A stretch of 64,000 nt of DNA from a virus (taxonomy: Duplodnaviria; Caudoviricetes), in IMG/VR virus record IMGVR_UViG_3300015608_004761, positions 1 through 64,000 of that record; one strand, 5' to 3'. A program made the position numbers and the translations under genes. Below the pieces are notes generated by a model. It was not told where the DNA came from. It searched no databases and saw only the letters and a list, made by a program, of their open reading frames with translations. Positions 47,839 through 57,239 of this stretch are shown piece by piece. The stretch's first letter is position 1; every line of letters begins with the position of its first letter.

Positions 47839-48702
47839 TCAGGTGTTCTTGCGCCCACCCAAGCGCTTGGCCTTGCGCGCTTCGACCTCGGCGGCGCCGA
47901 CCTCGCACCGGTCCGAGTAGCCGCAGTACTCGCACTGCCAGCCGGTGGTCGCCTCGGTCTTGCCCTCCTCGATGAGGGTGAGGCTGCGTGTGAGCTTGTT
48001 GAGGTAGCCCTCCAGCCAGGGCAGCACGTGGCCCTTGATCTCGTCGCGCGTCCACGGACCCGGCTGCCCGTTCAGGCGCGGGAACCAGTCGAGGCGCGGC
48101 TCGCCGAAGTAGTTGATGGCCGACTGCACGCCCGCGACCTCCGGGAAGTTCCCGACGGCCAGGGCCATGTAGGCGTAGAACTGCGTCGCGTGCTCCTTGA
48201 TGGGCTTCTTGCGGCCGGACTTGTGGTCCACCACCAGGAGCACCTTGTCTCGCGTGAGCGCCGCGTAGTCGAAGACGCCGCGAAGGATCGCGCGGCGGTT
48301 GTCGAAGAAGTCGACCCCATCGCCGTTCACGTCGATGGCGACCTTGTGTTCGATCAGCTCCATGGAGACGCCCTGCTCCTCCTTGAAGCGCTGGATGCGC
48401 GCGGTGAAGTCGAGCACCGCCGGCACCTTCGCCGTGAGCTCCCCGGCCTCCGCGTGCGTGAGCCCGTCCGCCTCGATGATCTTGGCGGCCTCGCGCCGCA
48501 GGTCGTCGGCCGAAGGCGGCATGCGGAGCGCGAGCTCCTGGAGCGTGTGCGCCGACACGCCGCCGCGCGCCTGCGTGCTCTTGCCCGCCTCGGGCAGCTT
48601 CTTCTCGTACTTGTTGTCGTATTGCTGGGCGCACAGCCCCAGCATGTTGGCCTTGGAGATCGACCACGGCCCGTGCTTGATGACCAACTCGTTGAACGCC
48701 AT
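47839..48702 (-). CDS. PD-(D/E)XK nuclease (RecB/AddB/Cas4-like, Fe-S cysteines)
   Basis: WSISK..C, GVSAH, IE, RGVFD, VVDHKSG, QFYAY, CEYCGYSDRC. Confidence 0.85.
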   Translation of the reverse strand: MAFNELVIKHGPWSISKANMLGLCAQQYDNKYEKKLPEAGKSTQARGGVSAHTLQELALRMPPSADDLRREAAKIIEADGLTHAEAGELTAKVPAVLDFTARIQRFKEEQGVSMELIEHKVAIDVNGDGVDFFDNRRAILRGVFDYAALTRDKVLLVVDHKSGRKKPIKEHATQFYAYMALAVGNFPEVAGVQSAINYFGEPRLDWFPRLNGQPGPWTRDEIKGHVLPWLEGYLNKLTRSLTLIEEGKTEATTGWQCEYCGYSDRCEVGAAEVEARKAKRLGGRKNT

Positions 48703-48731
48703 GTTTTGCCTCGCAAACGAAGAGACGCCGA

Positions 48732-48781
48732 AGGGCGCCGGGGGCCCCGTAGCGCAAGCGCCACAAGGTCCCCGACGCCCT
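48732..48781 (-). terminator. Long imperfect intergenic hairpin (terminator or processing site)
   Basis: AGGGCGTCGGGGACCTTGTGGCG-CTTG-CGCTACGGGGCCCCCGGCGCCCT. Confidence 0.55.
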
Positions 48782-48792
48782 CCGTCGGTCGA

Positions 48793-50082
48793 TCACATGT
48801 TCTGGTTGGCGAGGTTGGTGAGGTTCGCGGGGGGCTCGCCGCCCGACCCACCCATGAGCGCCCCGAAGTCCGCCTCGCCCGAGGGCTTCTCCGCACCGCC
48901 CGTGAGGATCTTCAGGTGGATGCGGCGCTTCTCGAGCCAGTAGTACTCGGTGTCGATCTTGCGGCAGATCAGCGAGAGGAACTTGGCCTCGGCCTCGGTC
49001 GGCGCCGCACTCCGCATCACGTCGTGGGTCACGAGGAACCAGCGGCGCGAGGCGTCCTTCGGATCGGTCTCCTTCTTCGTGGAGATCGCGAAGGCGTAGT
49101 CCCAGAGGTACCGCCAGCCCGCCGAGTACGCCTTGCGGATCGCGCGGCCGGGCTTGGTGTTGGTGCCCGAGAGCACCATGCGGTAGATGCCGCTGAAGTC
49201 GCGCGGCACGAAGTACAGGTGCACCTCGTTGCGGCACGCGTTCTTGTTCGGCCGGTTGTCCTTGAACGGACGCTCGGGGCAGGCCGCGCACGCGCCGAAC
49301 TTGTCGCCCATGATCTGGTCGATCGAGCGGCAGATGGGCGCCTTGCTCTTGGGCTCGTCACCGTCGGACGCCTTCGCGTCCTTCGCGTCACCGTCCTCGC
49401 CGCGCGGCGGCCAGAACGTGTTGACCTCGTAGCCCGCGATCACGAAGCCCTCGAAGCGCTCGGGCACGCGCACGTCGCCGCGCGAGAGCGCCTCGGCTGA
49501 GTCACGGTCGCAGGCCGCGAGGATGGTGCCGTCGGTGCCGTAGATGCCGCCCGTGGGGGTCATCTTGGGGCGCGACGAGTCGTCGCCCGTGCCGTGGTAG
49601 ATGCGGGCCTCGAACATCTGGAGGCCCTGGCGCTTCTTGCCATGGTCGCCGGGCTTGATCGGGTTCATGCGCTCCAGCGCCAGCGCGAAGTTCTTCGCCT
49701 TCGCGGGGTCGAGGTCCTTCAGGACCTCGCGGATCTCCTCGTCGAGCACCGGCTTGTAGACCTGCCGGAGGTAGCGCTCGTCGTCGGGGAACAGCGCCAC
49801 CAGCCGGTCGCAGGCGTCCGGGTCGGTGGGGCTGAAAGGGGTGTCGAGGGTCTCGCCCTTGGGCTTGTCGAGACCCGCCTCCTGCACCGTGGCGAGGGCC
49901 ACAGGGGCGGCAGGCTCGGCCGGGGCGGCCGTCGGTTCGGCGGCCGGAGCCGTCGCAGGGGTCGAGTCCTCCATCGCGGACTCGGTAGCGGTGGTGGCCT
50001 CGGCCTCGGCGACCGGCGGGTCGGCGGGGGTGTTGGCGGTGGTGGGGGTGGTGTTGCTGGTGTTCTTGTTCGGCTTGGACAT
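48793..50082 (-). CDS. Putative ssDNA-binding/recombination protein
   Basis: Strong RBS TAAGGAG; PICRSID..CAACP..C Zn motif; replication context; function inferred. Confidence 0.5.
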   Translation of the reverse strand: MSKPNKNTSNTTPTTANTPADPPVAEAEATTATESAMEDSTPATAPAAEPTAAPAEPAAPVALATVQEAGLDKPKGETLDTPFSPTDPDACDRLVALFPDDERYLRQVYKPVLDEEIREVLKDLDPAKAKNFALALERMNPIKPGDHGKKRQGLQMFEARIYHGTGDDSSRPKMTPTGGIYGTDGTILAACDRDSAEALSRGDVRVPERFEGFVIAGYEVNTFWPPRGEDGDAKDAKASDGDEPKSKAPICRSIDQIMGDKFGACAACPERPFKDNRPNKNACRNEVHLYFVPRDFSGIYRMVLSGTNTKPGRAIRKAYSAGWRYLWDYAFAISTKKETDPKDASRRWFLVTHDVMRSAAPTEAEAKFLSLICRKIDTEYYWLEKRRIHLKILTGGAEKPSGEADFGALMGGSGGEPPANLTNLANQNM

Positions 50083-50148
50083 GTTTGGTGTTGCTCCTTA
50101 GGGGAGTCCGCACGACGCGGAAGGGAGAAGAGTGTATATCTCAGCCAT

Positions 50149-50916
50149 ATGAGGGATACAACGTCGCGATACTTCGATGAAGTCAGTCGATTGGAGCTGC
50201 CAACGCAGGCCCAGGAGCGGGCCGGGCTCCTCGACTACTGGCAACTTACGCAGGCCCACGAGCGTGAGACTGACCCCTCCAAGCGCGAGCAGATCGCCCG
50301 GCAGCGCGCCCGGAGGGGCCAGAAGATCGCGGAGGGCTACTTGCGGTTCGTCATCGGGAAGGCACGCGACCGGACACGTGACGAGGACCTCCTTCTGGAC
50401 TTCATCGGAGCCGGGAACGAGGGCTTGATGATCGCGATCACCAAGTTCGACCCGGCGTACGACGTACGCTTCCTCACCTACGCCGCCCCGTGGGTGAGGG
50501 TGAAGATGGACGAGGTGGCTCACCGCCTCGGGACGGTGCACGTCTCGGTCCACCAAAGAAAGCAGTGCATCCAGCGGGGCGAGGAGCCCCCCACGGCCAC
50601 CCTGACGCACGTCGATGACGTGCAACTGGTGTCCCCCTCGGACGTCGAGAGGGAGGCCGTGCCCGAGGGCCGGACGGCGCTCAAGTACCTGAAGCTGACG
50701 GGGCTCTCGCGGCGCGAGCGCGTGATCCTGGTCCTGTCGCTGGGCCTGCGGGGTGACCCGCAGGGCGACGAGGACCTCGCCCTCACGCTCTACTCGCTCG
50801 ACGGGTCGATCTTCTGCGCCCCCGAGCTGCGCCGGATCCGCGAGGAGGCGCTGGGGAAAATGCGGCGCTGGGCCGGCGAACACCCCGACGAGGAGATGTT
50901 CGCCGAGCTCAGCTAG
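50149..50916 (+). CDS. Sigma70-family sigma factor (RpoD/RpoS-like regions 1.2, 2, 4)
   Basis: YFDEVSR..QE (region 1.2), YLRFVIGKAR..DFIGAGNEGLMIAITKFDP..RFLTYAAPWV (region 2), LSRRERVIL..RIREEALGKMR (region 4); start refined to 50149. Confidence 0.9.
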   Translation: MRDTTSRYFDEVSRLELPTQAQERAGLLDYWQLTQAHERETDPSKREQIARQRARRGQKIAEGYLRFVIGKARDRTRDEDLLLDFIGAGNEGLMIAITKFDPAYDVRFLTYAAPWVRVKMDEVAHRLGTVHVSVHQRKQCIQRGEEPPTATLTHVDDVQLVSPSDVEREAVPEGRTALKYLKLTGLSRRERVILVLSLGLRGDPQGDEDLALTLYSLDGSIFCAPELRRIREEALGKMRRWAGEHPDEEMFAELS

Positions 50917-50919
50917 GGG

Positions 50920-52026
50920 TCAGTCGGCTGACGAGTCCTCGTCGTCGAGGAGCGCCGCCTTCGGCAGCTCCTTGATGCCGGCGGCCTCCTCGTGGCCCCG
51001 GAGGCGGCCCTTCTCGAAGGCGATCTTCTCGGGGTCGGCGTCGCGGGCGCGCAGGTTCTTCACCCGGGTGTCGATCCAGTTGAGGACCTTGCGCTGGTTG
51101 ATGACGCCGACGTGCTTCACCTCGACCTTGTCGTAGCCGTGCTGCTTGGGCACCCGCTTGACCGGCTCGCCGCCCTCGCCCGCCCCCGCCTCGGCCTTGG
51201 CCGCCTGCTTGGCCTGCCACGCCTTGACGGCCTCCTTGAGCTGGTCCTCGTCCCAGCCCTTCTCGACGGCGCGGTTGGCGATGGCCGTCTGCGCGTCGTG
51301 GTCCTTGATCGGGCGCAGGGCGCGCGCCGCCGTGACGGTGAGCAGCCCGTCGCGCACGAGCTTCAGGACCGGCTCGGCGAGGTCGAAGATGCCGAGGTAC
51401 TGGCTCACCTTGCCGGGCGACCAGCCGACGCGGCTGGCGATCTGGTCCTGGAGCAGCCCCGAGTCCTTGAGGTTCTTCACTACGACGGCGCTGTCGTAGT
51501 GGGTCATGCCGGCGCGCGCCTCGTTCTCGAAGTAGGCGTCCTGCACCATCTCGGACCAGTGAGTGTAGTTCTTCACCTTGGCGTTGATGGTCGAGAACTT
51601 GTTGATGAGCGCGGCGCGCGTGCGGCGGCGGCCGAAGACCAGGACGTAGTAGTCCTCGCCCTTCTTGACGTTCACCCGCAGCTTCGGGTCGGCCGACACC
51701 GGCAGCGACGCGGTCTCGCCCACGTAGCGCATCTTGGTGACGAGCACCGGGGAGGTGATGCCGCCCTTGGTCTGCTCGACGAACTCGTCGATGCTCTGCG
51801 AGGTGCTGCGCACGTCGAAGATCACCAGGAGCTGCTGGGGCTTCACGTCGATCGGCCCCTCCTCGTCAGGCACCGGCTCCCAGTCCTTGAAGACGGCGGC
51901 GTAGCCCGCCTTCTCCTCAGACGCGGCGGACCCGGACGCGGCGGACTTCTTGGCCCGCTTGGACGGCGTCTCCACCGTCTCGTCCTTCTTCTTGCCCTTC
52001 TTCTCGGTCGTATCTTCGGTCGTCAT
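50920..52026 (-). CDS. ParB/Spo0J-like protein with HTH
   Basis: LVFGRRRTRAA, ENEAR, QDQIASRVGWSPGKVSQYL, GLLTVTAARAL. Confidence 0.8.
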   Translation of the reverse strand: MTTEDTTEKKGKKKDETVETPSKRAKKSAASGSAASEEKAGYAAVFKDWEPVPDEEGPIDVKPQQLLVIFDVRSTSQSIDEFVEQTKGGITSPVLVTKMRYVGETASLPVSADPKLRVNVKKGEDYYVLVFGRRRTRAALINKFSTINAKVKNYTHWSEMVQDAYFENEARAGMTHYDSAVVVKNLKDSGLLQDQIASRVGWSPGKVSQYLGIFDLAEPVLKLVRDGLLTVTAARALRPIKDHDAQTAIANRAVEKGWDEDQLKEAVKAWQAKQAAKAEAGAGEGGEPVKRVPKQHGYDKVEVKHVGVINQRKVLNWIDTRVKNLRARDADPEKIAFEKGRLRGHEEAAGIKELPKAALLDDEDSSAD

Positions 52027-52261
52027 GATCGACTCCTTCCCGCTCCGCGCAGGACAGTTGGTTCAGCTCGCCGCGCAGAATCCGGCGGACCTCGCGCGCG
52101 AACTGGATGGGGGACACGGACTTCAGGGGCACCGCTTCGAGCGGGCCCCCGACCACGAGGTGCCGGAAAGCCTCGTAGAACTCCTTGGCCACGAGCGCCT
52201 CGCTCTGGGGCGCCACGTAGAGATCCAAAAACAACGAAACGACGATGGCCCTGAACTTCAC
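51917..52261 (-). CDS. Hypothetical protein
   Basis: GTG 52261 coupled (GTGA) to the upstream stop; overlaps the ParB start by 110 nt. Confidence 0.4.
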   Translation of the reverse strand: MKFRAIVVSLFLDLYVAPQSEALVAKEFYEAFRHLVVGGPLEAVPLKSVSPIQFAREVRRILRGELNQLSCAEREGVDHDDRRYDREEGQEEGRDGGDAVQAGQEVRRVRVRRV

Positions 52262-52485
52262 CGGGTCGGCGAAGAGGTGCTGCTCCCTGGCGGCGCCTCG
52301 AAAGGCGCGGTCCCGCAGTTCGCGCAGCGAACCGATGAGCACTGAGACGTCGGCGGAAGGATCGGACCTCGACACTTTGGGCATGTCGGCGGTTCTGCCA
52401 CGCCCTCCGTACGCCGTAAAGCGGACGAAGCGGAGGCTTCTACCCGCTTGTCCTCGATATTCGTGACGACGCCGTACTTCTCCAC
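52258..52485 (-). CDS. Small Zn-ribbon protein
   Basis: MEKYGV..CPKC..CANCGTAPFE. Confidence 0.65.
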   Translation of the reverse strand: MEKYGVVTNIEDKRVEASASSALRRTEGVAEPPTCPKCRGPILPPTSQCSSVRCANCGTAPFEAPPGSSTSSPTR

Positions 52486-52486
52486 G

Positions 52487-53017
52487 TCACTCTCCCGTCA
52501 GGTACTTGTCGAGGAAGCTCTTCTCCTCGGACGCTGCCGTGCCCGCCTCGCCCCGCCGGGCGGCCTCGGCCTCGGCGTAGCCGGGGTCGACGCGGCCGAA
52601 CTCCCGCTCGACCAGACCCGTGCGGGTGCCGATCTCGCGGATGGCGACCTGACGGGGCTTCTCCAGGTCGGAGATCTCGATCGGATCGGTCAAGGGGTTC
52701 CCGCGCGCGTTCCCGCTCGACCACTTGGTGACGATGGCGCGCCCCGTGGGGCGGTCGGCGGGCGCCGGGGGCGCGGGAGGGGCCGGCGCGGGGGCCGGGG
52801 CGAAGGCCGTCGCAGACGGCGCCGGGGCGGGGGGCGCGGACGGGGCGGGAGGGGGCGGGGCAGGCCGCGCCGCCGGCCTCGGGTCGTCCACCCAGAGGTA
52901 GATCGTGCAGTTGTCGGGGACCTCGAAGTCCAGCAATACGCCGTACCCCCTCTGCTGGAGGTCCTGCTGGATCAGGGCCTTGACGTCCTCGGGACCGTAC
53001 TGAACTTGCAGCTTCAT
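52487..53017 (-). CDS. Hypothetical protein with Pro/Ala linker
   Basis: ATGA-coupled to the SNF2 gene. Confidence 0.7.
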   Translation of the reverse strand: MKLQVQYGPEDVKALIQQDLQQRGYGVLLDFEVPDNCTIYLWVDDPRPAARPAPPPPAPSAPPAPAPSATAFAPAPAPAPPAPPAPADRPTGRAIVTKWSSGNARGNPLTDPIEISDLEKPRQVAIREIGTRTGLVEREFGRVDPGYAEAEAARRGEAGTAASEEKSFLDKYLTGE

Positions 53018-55017
53018 AGCAGGCTCGGCTTTGCTACGGGGCGGTTCACTGCCGCCGCGTAGGTGCAGTTCTCCCGGAAGGGGACCGTGCCGTCAAGGGC
53101 GCACGCTTCCATGCGCGGGCAGGAGGCGCATCGGATCTTCTCGGTCATCGTGAAGGCGACCCGGTCCTTGAACCGGAGCACGCCGGCCACCATCCGGTCG
53201 AGCCCCCCGAGCCCCTCGGCGGTCAGGAGCCGGTAGCAGGTCATCTTGCGCTTCTGGCCGGGCCGGTTGTTCCTCTCGATGGCCTGCTGGTAGTCGAGCG
53301 GTGCCCACGGCAGCGAGTAGAACACCGAGTAGTTGGCGGCGGGCAGGTTGATGCCGATCCCGGCGCTCACCATCCCGACGAGCACGCGCGTCTTGGGGTC
53401 CTCTTGCACCGCGAGCTCGATCCGCTCGACGTCCTTGGTCGTGTCCCCGTCCAGGCGCTCGACCTTGACCCCGAGCTCGGCGCACACGCCCATCATGTCG
53501 TCCAGCTCGTCGTCGAAGACCCCCCAGCACAGGACCTTGTTGGTGTCGTCCTCCTCCAGGATCTGTTCGAGGAGGTCCTTGAACACCTCCCGCTTGGGGT
53601 TCTCGAAGTCGCGCAGGACCTTGCGCGGGGGCTTCTGCTGCACGACGAGGCACTTCTTGGTGTAGGGCTTGATCCGCTCCTCCACGCACACCTCCATGCG
53701 CGGGCAGGCGTCGCAGATGGTCCGGTCGGGCGCCTCGATGAGGAAGCCGGAGATCACCTGGAGGAGCTTGTTCACCAGGGCGGCCCCGTGGGGCAGGTTG
53801 AAGAGGACCTGCGCCGGGGGCGGCGCGAGGCCCGGCTCGGGGTTGTCGTCGAAGTGCGCGGCGTACGCCTCCAGCGCGGGGTCGAGCGTAGCCTGCATGG
53901 TTGATACGAGCTCGTTGTAGCGGTGCTTCTGCCGGGTCCCGAGCTCGAAGGGCACGTCCACCACGGTCATGGCCGGCAGGTCCAGGCAGTCCTTCTTCTT
54001 CATCCGCAGCGCAACCGAGTCGACGATCGCGTTCATCTCGTTCAGGTTCTTGTAGCCCGTGCGGATCACGGCGTTGTACGGGGAGCGCGTGACGTACTTG
54101 TCGACGAACTTCTCGTAGTCCATCGGGACGAGGGCGGGCGAGAGGAAGTAGAGCTGTCCGTAGAGCTTCTCGGGCGTGTCGCCCGGCGTGCCGGTTAGCG
54201 CGATGCGGCGCGGCGCGGGCACCGACAGGGCCACCACGGCCTGCGTCTGTTCGCTCTTCCAGTTGCCCAGGCGGTGCGACTCGTCGGCCACGATCACGTC
54301 GTAGCCGAGCTCCAGGAGGCGGCTCCGCTCGGGGGCGAAGATCGCCATCTTGCCGAACTGCGGGTGCTCGATCTCGGTGTTCGCCATGAGGCGCGCGCGG
54401 GCGTAGCTCACCCCCACGACCTGGGCCGACTTGGCGGCCTCCCAGGACTCCTCGGTCCCGTCGAAGTAGACGCCCTTCCACTCCCCGCGCGACACGCGCC
54501 CCGTCTCGCGCGCCCAGCCGGGGAGCACGACCGGGGGCCCGACGACGAGGGCCTTCTTGAAGGGGGCCTCGCGGGCGATCACGCGGAGGGCGTCGAGCGT
54601 CGTGCGCGTCTTGCCCGTGCCCATGTCCCACAGGAGGAACGTCCGGGCCCAGTGCCGGATGCGCGATACGCCGTACCGCTGGTACTTGAAAGGCTGGAAG
54701 GTGTCGGGGAAGAACTCGCCCGGCACGTCCGCGAGGCACGGCTCCCCCCTCGCCCAGGCGGCCTCCTCCGATTCCCAGGCGCGGTCCTTAGCCTCGATAT
54801 CGGCCGCAAGCGCCAGGGCGTCCGGCGTCCAGCGCGCGCCCACGGCCAGCTTGCGCAGGTCCCGCATTGCCCACAGGCCGAATGGGTAGTACCCGGGGAA
54901 GATCCAGGTGCCGCTGACGTACTGGGCGCCCCACGCGCGGGCGAGCGGGGACTTCTCGGGGCCGGGCGACGCGAACGCGCGTGCCGTATTGTTGAGCGTG
55001 AACGACCTGATCTCCAT
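53014..55017 (-). CDS. SNF2-family (SF2) helicase
   Basis: WDMGTGKT, VADESH, ALTGTP, GIGINL, QAIERNNRPGQ. Confidence 0.9.
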   Translation of the reverse strand: MEIRSFTLNNTARAFASPGPEKSPLARAWGAQYVSGTWIFPGYYPFGLWAMRDLRKLAVGARWTPDALALAADIEAKDRAWESEEAAWARGEPCLADVPGEFFPDTFQPFKYQRYGVSRIRHWARTFLLWDMGTGKTRTTLDALRVIAREAPFKKALVVGPPVVLPGWARETGRVSRGEWKGVYFDGTEESWEAAKSAQVVGVSYARARLMANTEIEHPQFGKMAIFAPERSRLLELGYDVIVADESHRLGNWKSEQTQAVVALSVPAPRRIALTGTPGDTPEKLYGQLYFLSPALVPMDYEKFVDKYVTRSPYNAVIRTGYKNLNEMNAIVDSVALRMKKKDCLDLPAMTVVDVPFELGTRQKHRYNELVSTMQATLDPALEAYAAHFDDNPEPGLAPPPAQVLFNLPHGAALVNKLLQVISGFLIEAPDRTICDACPRMEVCVEERIKPYTKKCLVVQQKPPRKVLRDFENPKREVFKDLLEQILEEDDTNKVLCWGVFDDELDDMMGVCAELGVKVERLDGDTTKDVERIELAVQEDPKTRVLVGMVSAGIGINLPAANYSVFYSLPWAPLDYQQAIERNNRPGQKRKMTCYRLLTAEGLGGLDRMVAGVLRFKDRVAFTMTEKIRCASCPRMEACALDGTVPFRENCTYAAAVNRPVAKPSLL

Positions 55018-55037
55018 GGGCTCCTCCGAAGGGTGAC

Positions 55038-56756
55038 ATGTACGAACTAGACGCGATGGGGCCGTACCAGAACGGCGGCGGCGCCTACGGGCACCCGAAC
55101 CCCCAGTACGACTACCTGAGCGGGTTCACGCCCAGGAAGCTCAAGGACCTGATCCGGCAAGCCGAGTACATCGGCTTCAACTCGGCGCACATCTACGGCG
55201 TCGTCCGCAAGTTCGGCGAGTACCCCATCACGGAGCTGGAGTACGAGACGGCCTCGGACTCCGAGCGCGAGCGGCACGAGAAGCTCTTCGACAACGAGCT
55301 GCGCTTCAAGGGGTTCCTCACGCTGGTCTCCTTCGATGTGTGGCTCACGGGCAACAGCTTCGTGAGCATGTACGAGCCGATCAAGCGGGACCTGCGGTGT
55401 CCGTCCTGCAAGATCCCCGAGGACGTCGCGGCGGCGGACTACACCTTCCACCTGGACCGCCTGGAGTTCCGGTTCAACTGCCGCAACTGCGGTCTGCGCA
55501 ACCAGATCGCCGAGGTCGTCGACCAGCCACTGCGCGAGCCGAGCCGCATCAAGCTCCGACGCTGGGACCCGAAGCTCATCGACATCGACTCGAACCTCAT
55601 CACCGGGGAGGACGAGTACTACTACACGATCCCGCGCGCCTTCGTCGCCGAGGTTCGCGCGGGCAACAAGCTGAAGATCAACCACACGCCGATGGAGTTC
55701 CTCGCGGCGATGAGGGACCGGAAGATCTTCAAGTTCGCCCCCGACGCCATCTACCACATGCGTATGCCGGGCCCGGCCGGGGAGCAGGGCCAGTGGGGCT
55801 TCCCTCCCATCACGGCGGCCATCAAGCTCTTCCTCTTCGCGGCCGTGCTCAGGCGCGCCAACGAGGCGATCGCCATGGAGCACATCACGCCCTTCCGCGT
55901 GATGCACCCCACGCAAGCGAGCAGCCAGGGCGACCCGCTCACGACCATCAACCTCGGGCGCTGGCGGCAGGAGCTGGAAGGGAACCTCCGCGCCTTCCGC
56001 AAGGACCCCCTGCGCGTCATGTTCTCCCCGATCCCCATCGGCGTGCAGAACATCGGCGGCGAGGGACGCACCCTCCTGACGCTCGGCGAGCTGGAGCAGG
56101 CCGAGAAGAACATCGTCCTCTCGCTCGGCGTCCCGATGGAGTTCCTCACCGGGGGCCTCGGGCAGACGCGCGGCGACGTGACGCTCCGCATGATCGAGAA
56201 CCAGCTCCGTACCCACATCGAGAACCTGAACGGGCTCGCGCAGTGGACCGAGCGGCGCGCGGCGGGGTTCCTCAAGTGGGCCTCGATCCCCGTGCGCCTC
56301 CAAGACTTCAAGATGACGGACGACGTGGACGCCAAGCAGTTCCGTCTCCAGATGTGGACGCAAGGGAGGGTGAGCGACACGACGATGGCGCAGTCGCTCA
56401 ACATGGACCTCAAGAACGAGATGAAGCTCATCAAGCAGGAGCAGCTCGACCGCCAGCGCAACGAGAGCGAGACCCAGCTCGCCCTCCAGCGCCAACAGCA
56501 GGCCCTGTCGCTCACCTCGCAGCAGCGCGCCATGCAGGCGCAGGGCGGCGTGGCCTACGACCCGCAGCAGGTGCTGGCCGCCAACGCCCCCATCGCCCAG
56601 GAGCTCGGCGAGATGGACGAGGGCACCCGCCGGAGCCGCCTCGACGCCTTGCAGGGCGAGGACCCGGTCGCGTACGCTGTTGTCAAGATGCTCCTCGAAC
56701 AGAAGCAACAGAACGACACGGCGCAGGCCAAGCAGCAGTCGCGAGGGGGTGGGTGA
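55038..56756 (+). CDS. Putative portal protein
   Basis: 572 aa; GNSFVS, RWDPKLI, IYHMR..WGFPPI, IVLSLGVPMEFL; Gln-rich tail; CxxC..CxxC insert. Confidence 0.6.
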   Translation: MYELDAMGPYQNGGGAYGHPNPQYDYLSGFTPRKLKDLIRQAEYIGFNSAHIYGVVRKFGEYPITELEYETASDSERERHEKLFDNELRFKGFLTLVSFDVWLTGNSFVSMYEPIKRDLRCPSCKIPEDVAAADYTFHLDRLEFRFNCRNCGLRNQIAEVVDQPLREPSRIKLRRWDPKLIDIDSNLITGEDEYYYTIPRAFVAEVRAGNKLKINHTPMEFLAAMRDRKIFKFAPDAIYHMRMPGPAGEQGQWGFPPITAAIKLFLFAAVLRRANEAIAMEHITPFRVMHPTQASSQGDPLTTINLGRWRQELEGNLRAFRKDPLRVMFSPIPIGVQNIGGEGRTLLTLGELEQAEKNIVLSLGVPMEFLTGGLGQTRGDVTLRMIENQLRTHIENLNGLAQWTERRAAGFLKWASIPVRLQDFKMTDDVDAKQFRLQMWTQGRVSDTTMAQSLNMDLKNEMKLIKQEQLDRQRNESETQLALQRQQQALSLTSQQRAMQAQGGVAYDPQQVLAANAPIAQELGEMDEGTRRSRLDALQGEDPVAYAVVKMLLEQKQQNDTAQAKQQSRGGG

Positions 56757-57115
56757 TGGCCGACCCGTGGGCAGAGCACGAGGGCTTCCGGGGCCCCAAC
56801 GTCAACACCGTCAAGCCCGGCCGGGTGCACTACGACACGTTCGTCGTCTTCCGCCCCTACTACCTGTGCCCCGCCTGCAAGAAGGTGATGGCGCAGGACG
56901 ACTTCCAGTACCCCGAGGACGACGACTACGTCTGTCCGCACGTCCGCCGGAGCGCGCTGGAGAAGATCATGGACAAGGTGATCGCCGGCACCGCGCAGAA
57001 GTTCTCGATGGACCAGCTCGTCATGGAGAGCGGCGTCGTCCAGGTCACGCTCGTCTGGGCGGACGTCGATCGGCCAAAGGAGGAAGGAGGGTGGTCGAGG
57101 CCCAGCCACATGTGA
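56756..57115 (+). CDS. Hypothetical Cys-containing protein
   Basis: ATG 56756 coupled; LCPAC..VCPH. Confidence 0.7.
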   Translation: MADPWAEHEGFRGPNVNTVKPGRVHYDTFVVFRPYYLCPACKKVMAQDDFQYPEDDDYVCPHVRRSALEKIMDKVIAGTAQKFSMDQLVMESGVVQVTLVWADVDRPKEEGGWSRPSHM

Positions 57116-57125
57116 TGGCTGGGCC
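57099..57125. terminator. Perfect 10-bp hairpin
   Basis: GGCCCAGCCA-CATGTGA-TGGCTGGGCC at the junction of convergent ORFs. Confidence 0.55.
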
Positions 57126-57148
57126 CCGGTCACCGGTTGGTGTCGTCG

Positions 57149-57196
57149 TCAGAGGATGACGACGATGACGAACTTGAGCACGCTGGTCAGTACCAT
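57149..57196 (-). CDS. 15-aa hydrophobic micropeptide (type I toxin-like)
   Basis: GGAAGGAGGT-GCGC-ATG; MVLTSVLKFVIVVIL*. Confidence 0.45.
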   Translation of the reverse strand: MVLTSVLKFVIVVIL

Positions 57197-57239
57197 GCGC
57201 ACCTCCTTCCGCATCCTTGTACCCTAACGAGAGCCCATT

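Noticed and set aside
47839-48702. Cas4 or CRISPR system
   Set aside because: No array or other cas genes; stand-alone PD-(D/E)XK nucleases are common in phage replication blocks
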